Below, piece after piece: positions 1-8,922 of a stretch of 64,000 nt of DNA. The notes below the pieces were generated by a model that made no database searches, had not been told where the DNA came from, and saw nothing but the letters and a program-made list of their open reading frames with translations. Where the stretch lies: positions 3,520,001 through 3,584,000 of the forward strand of contig OY782041.1 in assembly GCA_963677595.1 (NCBI GenBank), in the 5' to 3' direction. This stretch comes from Spirochaetia bacterium. Its GTDB lineage: Bacteria; Spirochaetota; Spirochaetia; CAKZLE01. Positions within the stretch are counted from its first letter, which is position 1. Each line of letters begins with the position of its first letter. The position numbers and the translations under genes are program-made.

Positions 1-802
1 GATAGCGACTTATCTTCGTGAATACAGATTCCCCGACCCCGAGGGTCTCGCCGTAGGCGGGGTAGGTGGAGAGGAAGTCATGGTTGATAATAAGGCTCAG
101 GAGCAACAAACAGAGGACCGTCACTGCCATCGATAGGTAGGAGGTGAGCAGGGTCCGTTTCTTGTCTGGGAACAGGAAGAGGGTAAGGACTGCATACATG
201 ATGCAGATCAGGGCCCCGTTGGGATGGATCCCGACAGAAAGGCCTGCCAGTATCCCGGTCAGGACCCGGTAGGATACGGAGACTTCCCGGTCTCTCTTCC
301 GTACCGTGAGCCAGGTGACGAGAAGCAAGACGAGCACGAGCATCATCTCCTGCCGTGCGAAGTGGCTGATGTAGATGAACTCGATGTCAGCGGAGAGCAT
401 GATCATGCCGGTAAGCGAGAGCCAGGGCCCGAGCCTGAAGGATCGCAGGAGAGCATAGAAGAGCAGTAGGGAGCCCGTGCCGCAGATGAGCGAGACCATG
501 CGGACGGTGATGACCGAGTAGCCGAAGAGCGAGATCGCTGCCGCCTGTACCAGGTGGAAGATGACCTTGAGCGCATGGGGAGCACGGAAGTAGGTGTCGA
601 AGAAGGGCTCGGTCACCCCGATATCGCCGGTGGTGAGGATGTACCTGCTCAGCCCGCTGAGCCAAGACTCATCGGAGTGGATGAAGGGGTAGGAGCTGAC
701 CGTCAGGGTCTGGACGAAGAACCATACAGCACCATAGATGAGGACGAGCAGCAGTGAGATACGGTTCTTTCGTGTATCTAGGTCAGGTATGTTTTGTTTC
801 AC
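1..802 (-). CDS. ArnT/PMT-like (GT39-type) membrane glycosyltransferase, partial (runs off the left edge)
   Basis: Manual translation from GTG at 802: MKQNIPDLDTRKNRISLLLVLIYG...FIHSDESWLSGLSR...VRMVSLICG...SHFARQE. DE motif after the first TM helix and many TM segments. Confidence 0.75.
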   Translation of the reverse strand, partial: MKQNIPDLDTRKNRISLLLVLIYGAVWFFVQTLTVSSYPFIHSDESWLSGLSRYILTTGDIGVTEPFFDTYFRAPHALKVIFHLVQAAAISLFGYSVITVRMVSLICGTGSLLLFYALLRSFRLGPWLSLTGMIMLSADIEFIYISHFARQEMMLVLVLLLVTWLTVRKRDREVSVSYRVLTGILAGLSVGIHPNGALICIMYAVLTLFLFPDKKRTLLTSYLSMAVTVLCLLLLSLIINHDFLSTYPAYGETLGVGESVFTKISRY

Positions 803-868
803 TTGGGTAGAAGTATACCATTAACAGGTAGGGATGAGAAAGCACCCCGCAGGGTTTTTCACCCGGTG

Positions 869-1660
869 TCAGGTGATCCCATGGACATGCTCAAGGTTCC
901 TGATCAGCCGTGAGACGAAGCGTGCAGCCGGGGCCCCATCGATGATATCATGGTCGAAGAGGATGGTGAGGTGGAGGATGTCGCGTATGGCGACTTCATC
1001 CCCCACGACCCAGGGTTTCCGGTTGATCGATCCGATCCCGAAGCAGATGTTGTGGATGCTCTTGGGGATGATCCAGCCGGAGATGTTCCCCATGCTGCCT
1101 ACATTGGTGATGATCGTGGTGCCCATCATGGCTTTCCGCTGGAATGGGTTCCTGAGCAGCATCTCCATGACCAGTACCCGGATTCGCTTGGGAAGCCTGT
1201 AGTAGATCCTCTGCCCCCGGTATGCCTTCTCATCGAGCACGAAGTCCTTCTCTTCGGTAACTTCGATGCCTTTGAACCCCTCGATCTCATCGAAGAGCTG
1301 TTCGATGGTCTTCGTATTCACCGCATCGATCTTTGCTACTAGGGGCACGAGCTCATCCCGGTACCGCTTCTCGACCATGATCGATATATCGACATCGGCA
1401 AAGGAGATGATTCGCTTCCTGCCGTGGAACATCCCCTGGACCTGGGGATCCTGGGCGATCGTGTCCCCGATGCACTTGATGATCCAGGTATTGAAGCTGA
1501 TCTTCCCGCCAGCCCTGATCCTCTCCTTGACGGCCTTTCTCGCATCCGTGATGTCGACCTCGACGAGCCCCGCGATATGGTGCTTCTTCCTGCCGATCAC
1601 CCCGACATCGAAGGTGGCAAAGCGTGAGATGGGGATCTCCCTCCCCTGGTATTCATCCAT
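869..1660 (-). CDS. Stand-alone 2-oxoacid dehydrogenase E2-type acyltransferase catalytic domain
   Basis: 263 aa; GTTIITNVGS and C-terminal FDHDIIDGAPAARF (HxxxDG); no lipoyl domain. Confidence 0.8.
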   Translation of the reverse strand: MDEYQGREIPISRFATFDVGVIGRKKHHIAGLVEVDITDARKAVKERIRAGGKISFNTWIIKCIGDTIAQDPQVQGMFHGRKRIISFADVDISIMVEKRYRDELVPLVAKIDAVNTKTIEQLFDEIEGFKGIEVTEEKDFVLDEKAYRGQRIYYRLPKRIRVLVMEMLLRNPFQRKAMMGTTIITNVGSMGNISGWIIPKSIHNICFGIGSINRKPWVVGDEVAIRDILHLTILFDHDIIDGAPAARFVSRLIRNLEHVHGIT

Positions 1661-1707
1661 GATAAGCTCCTCACCTCATATGATAGTACAATTCACGGGC
1701 AAGAGAA

Positions 1708-1731
1708 AGCACCCCGCGGCTGCGGGGTGCT
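1708..1731 (-). terminator. Intrinsic terminator of the sulfur-relay operon
   Basis: AGCACCCCGC-ggct-GCGGGGTGCT perfect stem with A runs on both sides, downstream of the 1766 stop. Confidence 0.75.
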
Positions 1732-1765
1732 AAAACAATCATTCGGAAGTTAGCCTATCAGGTGC

Positions 1766-2749
1766 TTACTGGACGACGGGGAATCCCTCGTTTGCCCAGC
1801 CGTTGACGCTGGCAGGAGTACCCATGCCGCTCTTGATCGAAGCTGCATCGTAGCCGAGGAGCTTCATGATCGCAACAGTCTGGCCTGCAGTCTGTCCGCT
1901 GTAGCAGTAGACGAAGAGCTGCTGGTCCTTCGGGAGCTGAGCGAAGCTCTCCTGCATGCCGGTTCCCCAGGGGATGTTGATCGCGCCTTCGATATGGCCT
2001 GAGGCATAGGCGTCAGCCTGTCGGATGGAAACGACGACGATCTCGCCCTCTGATGCATCGAGCATCTCTTTCGCAGCTGCAGAAGAGATGATGTTGTTCT
2101 TGGTGTTGGGGTCAGCAGCGAGGTTGGCATAGTAATCTACGATAGCTGCCTCGATAGCCGGGTCGATCTTGGTCCCGAGGTCGTCAAGGAAGTTCGGGGT
2201 AGTCTCGATAGCTTCTTCATAACCTTCGACCTTCGAGATTCCGAGGGTATACCCGTAACGTACTGACTTTGCCTGGATACCAGCCACGTTCAGCAGTGCA
2301 ACGGTCTGGCCTGCAGTCTGCCCGGTGTAGCAGTAGACATATACTGGGACATCAGTCGGGAGCTGGCTCATGGCTGCAGGAATGTCAGTAGCGTTCCAGG
2401 GAACGTTGACAGCGCCCTTGACATGGCCTTCTGCATAGACGTCCGGCTGTCGGATGTCGACGATGACGAGGTCTTCACCGGCTTTCACTTTCTCGAGGAA
2501 CGCATCCTGTGCGATCATGTTGTTGTCATCTGCCTTCGGGTTGAAGTAGGCCATGGCAGCCTCTTCAACGGGATCAGCCTCAGGTTCCGGTGCCGGCTCT
2601 GCGGCTGCAGGCGCTGCCTCCACCTTCGCGGCGGGAGCTGCAGCAGTCGTTGTCGCCGCTGGTGCAGCCTCTTCCTTGGCACAGCCGATAAAGCTGACAG
2701 CCAGGATCATGGTAAGCAGTACGATGCTTATCAGTCTGATTTTTTTCAT
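1766..2749 (-). CDS. Tandem rhodanese-domain lipoprotein
   Basis: MKKIRL...SFIGC lipoprotein signal, Ala/Pro linker, two rhodanese domains each with an active-loop Cys (YCYTGQT, YCYSGQT); GGAGAG RBS. Confidence 0.85.
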   Translation of the reverse strand: MKKIRLISIVLLTMILAVSFIGCAKEEAAPAATTTAAAPAAKVEAAPAAAEPAPEPEADPVEEAAMAYFNPKADDNNMIAQDAFLEKVKAGEDLVIVDIRQPDVYAEGHVKGAVNVPWNATDIPAAMSQLPTDVPVYVYCYTGQTAGQTVALLNVAGIQAKSVRYGYTLGISKVEGYEEAIETTPNFLDDLGTKIDPAIEAAIVDYYANLAADPNTKNNIISSAAAKEMLDASEGEIVVVSIRQADAYASGHIEGAINIPWGTGMQESFAQLPKDQQLFVYCYSGQTAGQTVAIMKLLGYDAASIKSGMGTPASVNGWANEGFPVVQ

Positions 2750-2785
2750 TAGAACTCTCCTTCTCACTTCTTCTATACTCAACGC

Positions 2786-3694
2786 CTAGGATGCATCCTG
2801 GACGATTGATACGTTCTCTTTCTCCACCGGGAGCTGGATCGGCCTGCTGCCGTCCAGGATCCACTCAAGCCATGCGCCGTCATAGAGTTTCAGGTTCCGG
2901 TAGCCGGCATTGTAGAGGGCGAGGAATGTCTGGGCACCCCTGATCGAGGTCTTGCAGTACATGATCGCCGTGTCGTCGGTCCGTACACCTGCTTCCTTGT
3001 AGATGATCCGGATATCCTGGATCTTCCGGAAGGTGCCGTCCGCATAGTCGTTCCCCACGTAGTTGAGGTGGATCGAGGAGGGGATGGTCCCCGCGTCGAA
3101 CTCCTCATCGGTCCGCGTGTCGATCAGGAACACATCATCTTTCGGGTCATTGACCTGGGCGAGCACCTCGGCAGTGGTCGCGATCAGGGCAGTGTTCTTG
3201 GCTGCAGCCTTGAACGTCGCCGGTGATGCGGTAGCCGGAGTGGTAGAGACGGCGAAGCCTGCTCGTACCATCTCCTGGAGCCCCCCGCTGACGACCTTGA
3301 CGTTCTCATGGCCGTAGACGAGGAAGGTCCACCAGAGACGGGCAGCATCCATATTGTTGTTGTCATCGTAGATGACCACCTGGGTGCTGTTGCTGATGCC
3401 GCGGGATCCGAAGACTGCCTCGATCGTCGAGGCGTCTGCGAGCATGTTCACGACGAGGTCCTTCTTGACGATGTCGTTCCGCTGGATGTTCACCGCACCG
3501 TCGATATGCTCCTTGGCGTAGTTCGATGCAGTCTGTGCATCCACGAGGACGACACCCGAGGTGCCGACAAGCTTCGCAGCTTCCTTGCCGTCGATGATGA
3601 CCGTCCCCGATTCCTCATAACTGCCGCAGCTGATGAAGAGCAGCGCAGTCATCACCACGAGAGCAGCTGTGGTTAGGTATAATCTCTTTCTCAT
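2786..3694 (-). CDS. Sulfurtransferase (two-domain rhodanese, SseA/TST type), lipoprotein
   Basis: LFISC lipobox, HIDGAVN, AARLWW, YCKTSIR active loop, LYDGAWLEW signature. Confidence 0.88.
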   Translation of the reverse strand: MRKRLYLTTAALVVMTALLFISCGSYEESGTVIIDGKEAAKLVGTSGVVLVDAQTASNYAKEHIDGAVNIQRNDIVKKDLVVNMLADASTIEAVFGSRGISNSTQVVIYDDNNNMDAARLWWTFLVYGHENVKVVSGGLQEMVRAGFAVSTTPATASPATFKAAAKNTALIATTAEVLAQVNDPKDDVFLIDTRTDEEFDAGTIPSSIHLNYVGNDYADGTFRKIQDIRIIYKEAGVRTDDTAIMYCKTSIRGAQTFLALYNAGYRNLKLYDGAWLEWILDGSRPIQLPVEKENVSIVQDAS

Positions 3695-3708
3695 GAGAAC
3701 TCCTCTCC

Positions 3709-4932
3709 CTACAGGTAGGCTTCAAGCGCTGTCTGTGAGAAATCGTCGGTGAGGACATCCACGATAGCCCCGTCTTTTACGACGGCGACGCTCGGGAAGG
3801 TCGTTATGCCCATCCGGTCTGACAGGCCCTTTGACTTATAGACATCGACCTTGCAGAAGCTGATCTTCCCTTCGGTAGCGTTCTCGACAGCCTCGATCTC
3901 GAGCAGTTTGTTCTGGCAGTTCGGGCAGGAGGCGTCATAGACATAGACGAAGTGGTTCTTCGCAAGGATCTGTGAGTTGTACTGCTCGGTCTCCGCGATA
4001 TAGCGCTCAGCGGCATAGCCTGCGACCGCACCGTCGCCGACTGCGGTGGATACCTGCTTCAGGAACTTCTCGGTCACGTCACCGGCAGCGAAGACACCGT
4101 CTACGTTGGTCTCCATCTTCTCGTTGACGAGTACGTATCCCCTGTCGGTCATATCGATGATGCCCTTGAAGATCTCGGTGTTCGGGATATACCCGATGAA
4201 CTCGAAACAGGTGTCGACGTCCACAGAGACCTCTTCGCCGTTACGCAGGTCGGTGAGGACTACCTTGTTCAACCGCTCCTCGGTTCCCTCGAAACGCTTG
4301 CAGACAGTGTTCCAGATGAACTCCATCTTGGGGTTCTCCAAGGCTTCAGCCTTGGCGATCTCGTTGCAGTCCATCTTGCCGTTCTCATGCATGACTGACA
4401 CGATGACCTTGTTGGCGAACTTGGTGAGGAACATGCCTTCCTCGATGGCTGCATCACCGGAACCGATGACCATGACGTCCTTTCCGGTGTTGGCTGCTGC
4501 GTCACAGGTGGCACAGAAGGAGATCCCCTTGTCGAAGAGGAACTGCTCCTCATTCTCTGCCTTGGTGATCCTTGGCCGTCCGCCTGAGGCGATGACGACG
4601 GTCTTCGCCTTGTAGGTGGTCCTGAATGTCTCGACGGTCTTCACCGGACCGTTGAGGTCTACCGACTTCACGTCAGTCCCCTTGAACTTGACGCCGAACT
4701 TCTTAGCCTGTTTCTGGAACAGCTCCATGAGTCCGAGACCCGTGGTACCTTCCGGGAAACCGGGGTAGTTCTCGATCTCGTTGGTATAGGTGGCGAGGCC
4801 GCCGACCAGTGATTTCTCGATCAGGATCGTCTTCAGTCGAGCCCGTCCTGCATAGATCCCGGCAGTGAGGCCTGCAGCCCCGCCGCCGATGATCACTACA
4901 TCATATTCTTCGATCTTCTTTTCTCTTGCCAT
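3709..4932 (-). CDS. Thioredoxin reductase (TrxB family) with C-terminal thioredoxin-like domain
   Basis: GGGAAG FAD motif, CATCD redox centre, GVFAAGD; extra ~90 aa C-terminal domain with CPNC and FP. Confidence 0.88.
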   Translation of the reverse strand: MAREKKIEEYDVVIIGGGAAGLTAGIYAGRARLKTILIEKSLVGGLATYTNEIENYPGFPEGTTGLGLMELFQKQAKKFGVKFKGTDVKSVDLNGPVKTVETFRTTYKAKTVVIASGGRPRITKAENEEQFLFDKGISFCATCDAAANTGKDVMVIGSGDAAIEEGMFLTKFANKVIVSVMHENGKMDCNEIAKAEALENPKMEFIWNTVCKRFEGTEERLNKVVLTDLRNGEEVSVDVDTCFEFIGYIPNTEIFKGIIDMTDRGYVLVNEKMETNVDGVFAAGDVTEKFLKQVSTAVGDGAVAGYAAERYIAETEQYNSQILAKNHFVYVYDASCPNCQNKLLEIEAVENATEGKISFCKVDVYKSKGLSDRMGITTFPSVAVVKDGAIVDVLTDDFSQTALEAYL

Positions 4933-4953
4933 GATATCTTTACTCCATTTATC

Positions 4954-5487
4954 CTACATGAAAAACTTGACCAGCAGCTTGCTGCCCACATACGCCCCAG
5001 CGAAGAGGAATACTGCGTAGACCCATCCTGAGAGTGAGAGGGAAGCGATACCGCTGTAGAGGGCGCCGATATTACAGCCAAAGCCGATACGTGCGCCATA
5101 GCCCATCAGGAGACCACCGAGGATCGCTGCGACTACTTGCCTGATAGCCTTGACCTTCTTGATCTTGAACTGGCAGGCTGCCAGTGATGCGAACAGGGCA
5201 CCGATGATGATGCCGATGTTCCTCATGGAACCGCCGTGCTGGAACAGACCGCCCTCGAGGGTGCGTTGTGCACCTTCTGATGCGAAGTAGTACCACTTGT
5301 CGACTGAACCGCCGACCAGTTCGTACAGCCATGCACCCCAGTAGGCCAGTACCCCGGAGACTCCCCATGGACTCCCCGTGATTGCCAGGGTCACGATCTG
5401 GAAGATCGAGAGGAGGACTGCACCGGTGACATACGGCCAGGCATCCTTGAACCATGCTTTATAGTGTTCGTTCTTTCTAATATCCAT
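4954..5487 (-). CDS. YeeE/YedE sulfur-compound transporter family protein (half-size)
   Basis: GGLLMGYGARIGFGCNIG motif; hydrophobic 177 aa. Confidence 0.88.
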   Translation of the reverse strand: MDIRKNEHYKAWFKDAWPYVTGAVLLSIFQIVTLAITGSPWGVSGVLAYWGAWLYELVGGSVDKWYYFASEGAQRTLEGGLFQHGGSMRNIGIIIGALFASLAACQFKIKKVKAIRQVVAAILGGLLMGYGARIGFGCNIGALYSGIASLSLSGWVYAVFLFAGAYVGSKLLVKFFM

Positions 5488-5511
5488 ACTGGAACCTTCT
5501 CCCGGTATTCG

Positions 5512-5739
5512 CTATTTCATCTTCTCGATGATGACTTCCCACTCACCGTCGTCGACTTCATCGAGCTCGACGTTGTGACCCTGCTTCCGTGCCCACTCGG
5601 GGACGTTCTTCATGGCGCAGCTGTGATCGATCTGGACGATGAGGACATCGCCTACATTGAGTTTCTCGAGTTCTTTCTCTGCCTTGATCAGTGGTACTGG
5701 GCAAGCTTCCCCTAAACAATCCAATTCATATTCTGCCAT
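5512..5739 (-). CDS. TusA/YeeD-family sulfur carrier, copy 2
   Basis: LDCLGEACPVP (CPxP) motif; 75 aa from ATG 5739 with GGAG RBS. Confidence 0.9.
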   Translation of the reverse strand: MAEYELDCLGEACPVPLIKAEKELEKLNVGDVLIVQIDHSCAMKNVPEWARKQGHNVELDEVDDGEWEVIIEKMK

Positions 5740-5777
5740 GGTATTTCTCCTAATTATTTCGTATGTGTTTTTTCTGC

Positions 5778-6005
5778 TTATTTCATCTTCTCGATGATGA
5801 CTTCCCACTCGCCGTCGTCGACTTCGTCGAGCTCGACGTTGTGGCCCTGCTTCCGTGCCCACTCGGGGACGTTCTTCATAGCGCAGCTGTGGTCGATCTG
5901 GACGATGAGGACATCGCCAATATTGAGTTTCTCAAGTTCTTTCTCAGCCTTGATCAGTGGTACGGGGCAAGCTTCCCCTAAACAATCCAATTCATATTCT
6001 GCCAT
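5778..6005 (-). CDS. TusA/YeeD-family sulfur carrier, copy 1
   Basis: LDCLGEACPVP motif; 75 aa; differs from copy 2 only by I/V. Confidence 0.9.
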   Translation of the reverse strand: MAEYELDCLGEACPVPLIKAEKELEKLNIGDVLIVQIDHSCAMKNVPEWARKQGHNVELDEVDDGEWEVIIEKMK

Positions 6006-6032
6006 AGTTCTACTCCTTGTTGATTACCTGTA

Positions 6033-6731
6033 TCAGTGGGAAGCTCCCTTCCTGTTCTCCCATTTCGTCGCTGCCACGAAGAGGCATCCGATGATCAGGA
6101 GCTGTACGACGATAGCACCTATCCAGCCGAAGACATCCGGCAGGAATATTGCTTTCCCTTCGAGCATGAAGTTCAGTTTCCACCACCCGAAATCATGGGC
6201 GCCCCAGAGGGAACCTACGATGAAGAAGAAGAGGGAGAGGATCTGCATGATGAATCCTTCCCCGACCCTCATGAGTGTACCTGACGCACAGCCGCCGGCT
6301 ATGACCATCCCGATACCGAACATGAACGCACCTGCGGCAGTCGCGAAACTGACCGGTACGACGTAGCTCTGCCCCGGGATCGGCTGTCCGTTGAGGAACG
6401 CACCGTACTTGATCGCCCAGAAACCGAGGGAGGTGAGGGCGAACGCGATAAGGACCGCTCTGGTGACAGTCGTACTGCCAGTCAGGGAGGGGTCCCTCAT
6501 CGATGCGGTGAAACAGAACCGTGCACGCTGCAGGATGAATCCGAATGACGTACCCGTCAGCCAGAAGACAGCAAGCAGTGCGGATGTCCTTGCCAGAAGG
6601 ATCGCTACCACCACGACCAGCACGAACAGTATCGCGGCATGGGGCAGGAGATTCTTCTTTTTCTTTCTTTGTCTAGTACTAGACCTGGAACTACGCTGGA
6701 TAGTCGATCCAGCGGCCTGGTTTTCGCTCAT
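6033..6731 (-). CDS. YeeE/YedE sulfur-compound transporter family protein (half-size)
   Basis: FGFILQRARFCF and FGIGMVIAGGCASG motifs. Confidence 0.9.
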   Translation of the reverse strand: MSENQAAGSTIQRSSRSSTRQRKKKKNLLPHAAILFVLVVVVAILLARTSALLAVFWLTGTSFGFILQRARFCFTASMRDPSLTGSTTVTRAVLIAFALTSLGFWAIKYGAFLNGQPIPGQSYVVPVSFATAAGAFMFGIGMVIAGGCASGTLMRVGEGFIMQILSLFFFIVGSLWGAHDFGWWKLNFMLEGKAIFLPDVFGWIGAIVVQLLIIGCLFVAATKWENRKGASH

Positions 6732-6831
6732 CTAGTCCAATCCTCCATATTTTATCGTGTTTTTCTGTAATATCCATCACAGAATCTATAACTTACTGGG
6801 ATTATAAGCTAAGGGTTTATAAAAATCAATT

Positions 6832-6850
6832 AAAAATGAGAATCATTATT
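6832..6850. promoter_or_regulatory. Fur/PerR-like box
   Basis: AAAAATGAGAATCATTATT matches GATAATGATAATCATTATC at 15/19 positions, although in an AT-rich region. Confidence 0.5.
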
Positions 6851-6878
6851 AAAAAAAGTTAATCATGGTATATATAGA

Positions 6879-6896
6879 TATTAGTATGCACTAATA
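6879..6896. promoter_or_regulatory. Palindromic operator candidate
   Basis: TATTAGT-atgc-ACTAATA perfect 7-4-7 inverted repeat in the divergent promoter region. Confidence 0.4.
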
Positions 6897-7053
6897 AATT
6901 ATTAAAGTTTATATAATGTGAATATAGGAATATTAAATAACCTAAAAACGTCGTTCTGGCAAGATTCTGTTTGCGTTCAGACTAACTCTATAGTATAACT
7001 GTAGTAGGGAGACATAGTGTACAGTACGCGATAATCTAAACCAGGGGGACTCT

Positions 7054-8208
7054 ATGAAAAGAAGTGTATTAGTGGTATTGGTCTTGCTGCTCAGCATGGG
7101 GATTGCCTTTGCTGATGAGTATGAGGGGATCTATGATCTCATCGTACCGACGAATTATGGTTTCCTGACGATCAATGGGGGACTTGGAAGTGCAGGGGGG
7201 ACCTCTGCAAGTCTCTACAACCAGCAGAACCTCATCGAGGTGAATGCCGCGACAGGGACGTTCACCTTCAATGTCGATGCGAACGGCAACTACTCCTATT
7301 ACAACCAGGATGAGACCACAGAGCTGGATCTCGATGCTGCCGGGAGCGTGATGGTGGGGACCACCAACGGCATCAGTTTTACACCGCAGGGAGACTATAC
7401 CTCCTATGGCCTCGATATAAACGGGCTCAAGGGGTTCTGGACCGCCGGCGGATGGGCTAACGTCAATGCCTCCACGACGAGTTTCACCTTCTCGCTCTTC
7501 CCGACTGCCGGTATCGGTCTCGGACGGCAGTACAACATTGCCAACATCTATCGGGCGAAGCTCATGATGGAGTACCTCGGGGTCACCCCGACACCGGAGA
7601 AGGTGAAGGCAGTGGTCACGGTATTCGAGAACTGGCCGGTCATCAGCAGTCGGTTCACGGAAGACTACAGCAAGGACGTACGTGAGTACTGGCAGAAGAT
7701 GGCTGATGCCATGGGAATCCCGAACCGGGTCGCAGATGTCATGACGATCAATAACTCCCAGCTCTATGCTTATGAACGGGCACGGACTACCGGGATGGAA
7801 TACGGCTGGCAGGCTATGCTGAGGGCGAACCTGCAGCTCGAGAAATTCACGACCTTCTCCTTCGGCGGGTCGGCAGGACCGGTCGCCTCGATCGCCGGGT
7901 TCGTCATGGATGACGCACTCTATTATGAGGCAGATGCAGATGCTTCGGTCACCTACTCATCTTCTACCGTCGGACTCAATGCCAATGCCGGCGGGGAGGT
8001 CATATTCCTCCCTGATGACTACCATTGGTGGGTAGAGGCGATTGCAGATATCAACCTGAATATCATACCGACCTTTGCGCTCGGGTTCGACGTCTCCGGT
8101 GCCGGGCATTACCTGCTCAATCCGAACTTCGAGACCTATGCAGGTCTCAGGCTTGATGACACAGCCGGGTTCACGATCTTCGCCGGCGGCGAGATCAGGA
8201 TCTGGTAG
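7054..8208 (+). CDS. Hypothetical exported protein, outer-membrane beta-barrel-like
   Basis: Signal peptide ending AFA; G/T/Y/F-rich alternating strands; C-terminal aromatic residue (GEIRIW). Confidence 0.6.
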   Translation: MKRSVLVVLVLLLSMGIAFADEYEGIYDLIVPTNYGFLTINGGLGSAGGTSASLYNQQNLIEVNAATGTFTFNVDANGNYSYYNQDETTELDLDAAGSVMVGTTNGISFTPQGDYTSYGLDINGLKGFWTAGGWANVNASTTSFTFSLFPTAGIGLGRQYNIANIYRAKLMMEYLGVTPTPEKVKAVVTVFENWPVISSRFTEDYSKDVREYWQKMADAMGIPNRVADVMTINNSQLYAYERARTTGMEYGWQAMLRANLQLEKFTTFSFGGSAGPVASIAGFVMDDALYYEADADASVTYSSSTVGLNANAGGEVIFLPDDYHWWVEAIADINLNIIPTFALGFDVSGAGHYLLNPNFETYAGLRLDDTAGFTIFAGGEIRIW

Positions 8209-8217
8209 CATACGAAG

Positions 8218-8243
8218 ACAGCCTCCGCGATCGCGGAGGCTGT
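8218..8243. terminator. Hairpin between convergent genes (bidirectional terminator candidate)
   Basis: ACAGCCTCCGCGATCGCGGAGGCTGT perfect palindrome. Confidence 0.65.
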
Positions 8244-8266
8244 TCTGTACACGTGGTGTCCCTGTC

Positions 8267-8794
8267 CTAGATCGATGAATCAGGCCGTACCTGCCTGTTA
8301 AAAGCTACCAGGTGGCGTTCCGATCCCCGGAGTAGCCGTTCGTAGGTATCTTTCACGTCACTCGGGAGGCTGCTGCCCAGCAGGTCCTCCAAGTCCTTTA
8401 TATCGAGCTCCTCGATCATGATCCCTACCTCTATCGCGTCTGCCGCGGAGGTCGTCCCCTTGGCGACGAGGTCGTCGTAGAGCTGCTGCAGGTGCGCGTC
8501 GGTGAAGACGCCAATATAGTCAACGGTGATCGGGTCAGTCAGCCCATACCGGTCGATGATGACACCCATCGCATCCATGTGCTGCTGCTCGCTTCCTGCG
8601 ATGTTCTTGAAGGTGTTGATCTTCCAGGTATCATATAAGGTGAGGTAGACGTCCCGAGCGAGCTTCTCCTCTTCCCGCATGAGCAGGATCCCGTCTTCTT
8701 CGGCTGCCGAGAGTGTCTCTGCGGCAAAGAGTGCGCTTGGGATCAGCATCAGGCTGATCAGTACTATCATCATGCTTTTGGTTCTTGTATTCAT
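8267..8794 (-). CDS. DUF2202 ferritin-like domain exported protein
   Basis: MREEEKLARDVY, SEQQHM, IEELDI, GSERHL; signal peptide. Confidence 0.8.
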   Translation of the reverse strand: MNTRTKSMMIVLISLMLIPSALFAAETLSAAEEDGILLMREEEKLARDVYLTLYDTWKINTFKNIAGSEQQHMDAMGVIIDRYGLTDPITVDYIGVFTDAHLQQLYDDLVAKGTTSAADAIEVGIMIEELDIKDLEDLLGSSLPSDVKDTYERLLRGSERHLVAFNRQVRPDSSI

Positions 8795-8922
8795 GGTTAT
8801 CCTCCATCTGTTCTCTCTTGATGTTCTGAATATACCCTATGACGGTTAAGATAATGGTATATGGAATATTGAGATTTCTCAATATGTTGCCTTTCTCTTC
8901 CCCTGCAGGTACAATGGGAACC

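Noticed and set aside
5740-5862. N-terminal extension of TusA copy 2 (116-aa ORF)
   Set aside because: Overlaps copy 1 out of frame; ATG 5739 has an RBS and matches copy 1.
1766-6731. Selenocysteine recoding in the sulfur operon
   Set aside because: All catalytic positions are Cys in uninterrupted ORFs; no in-frame TGA is needed.
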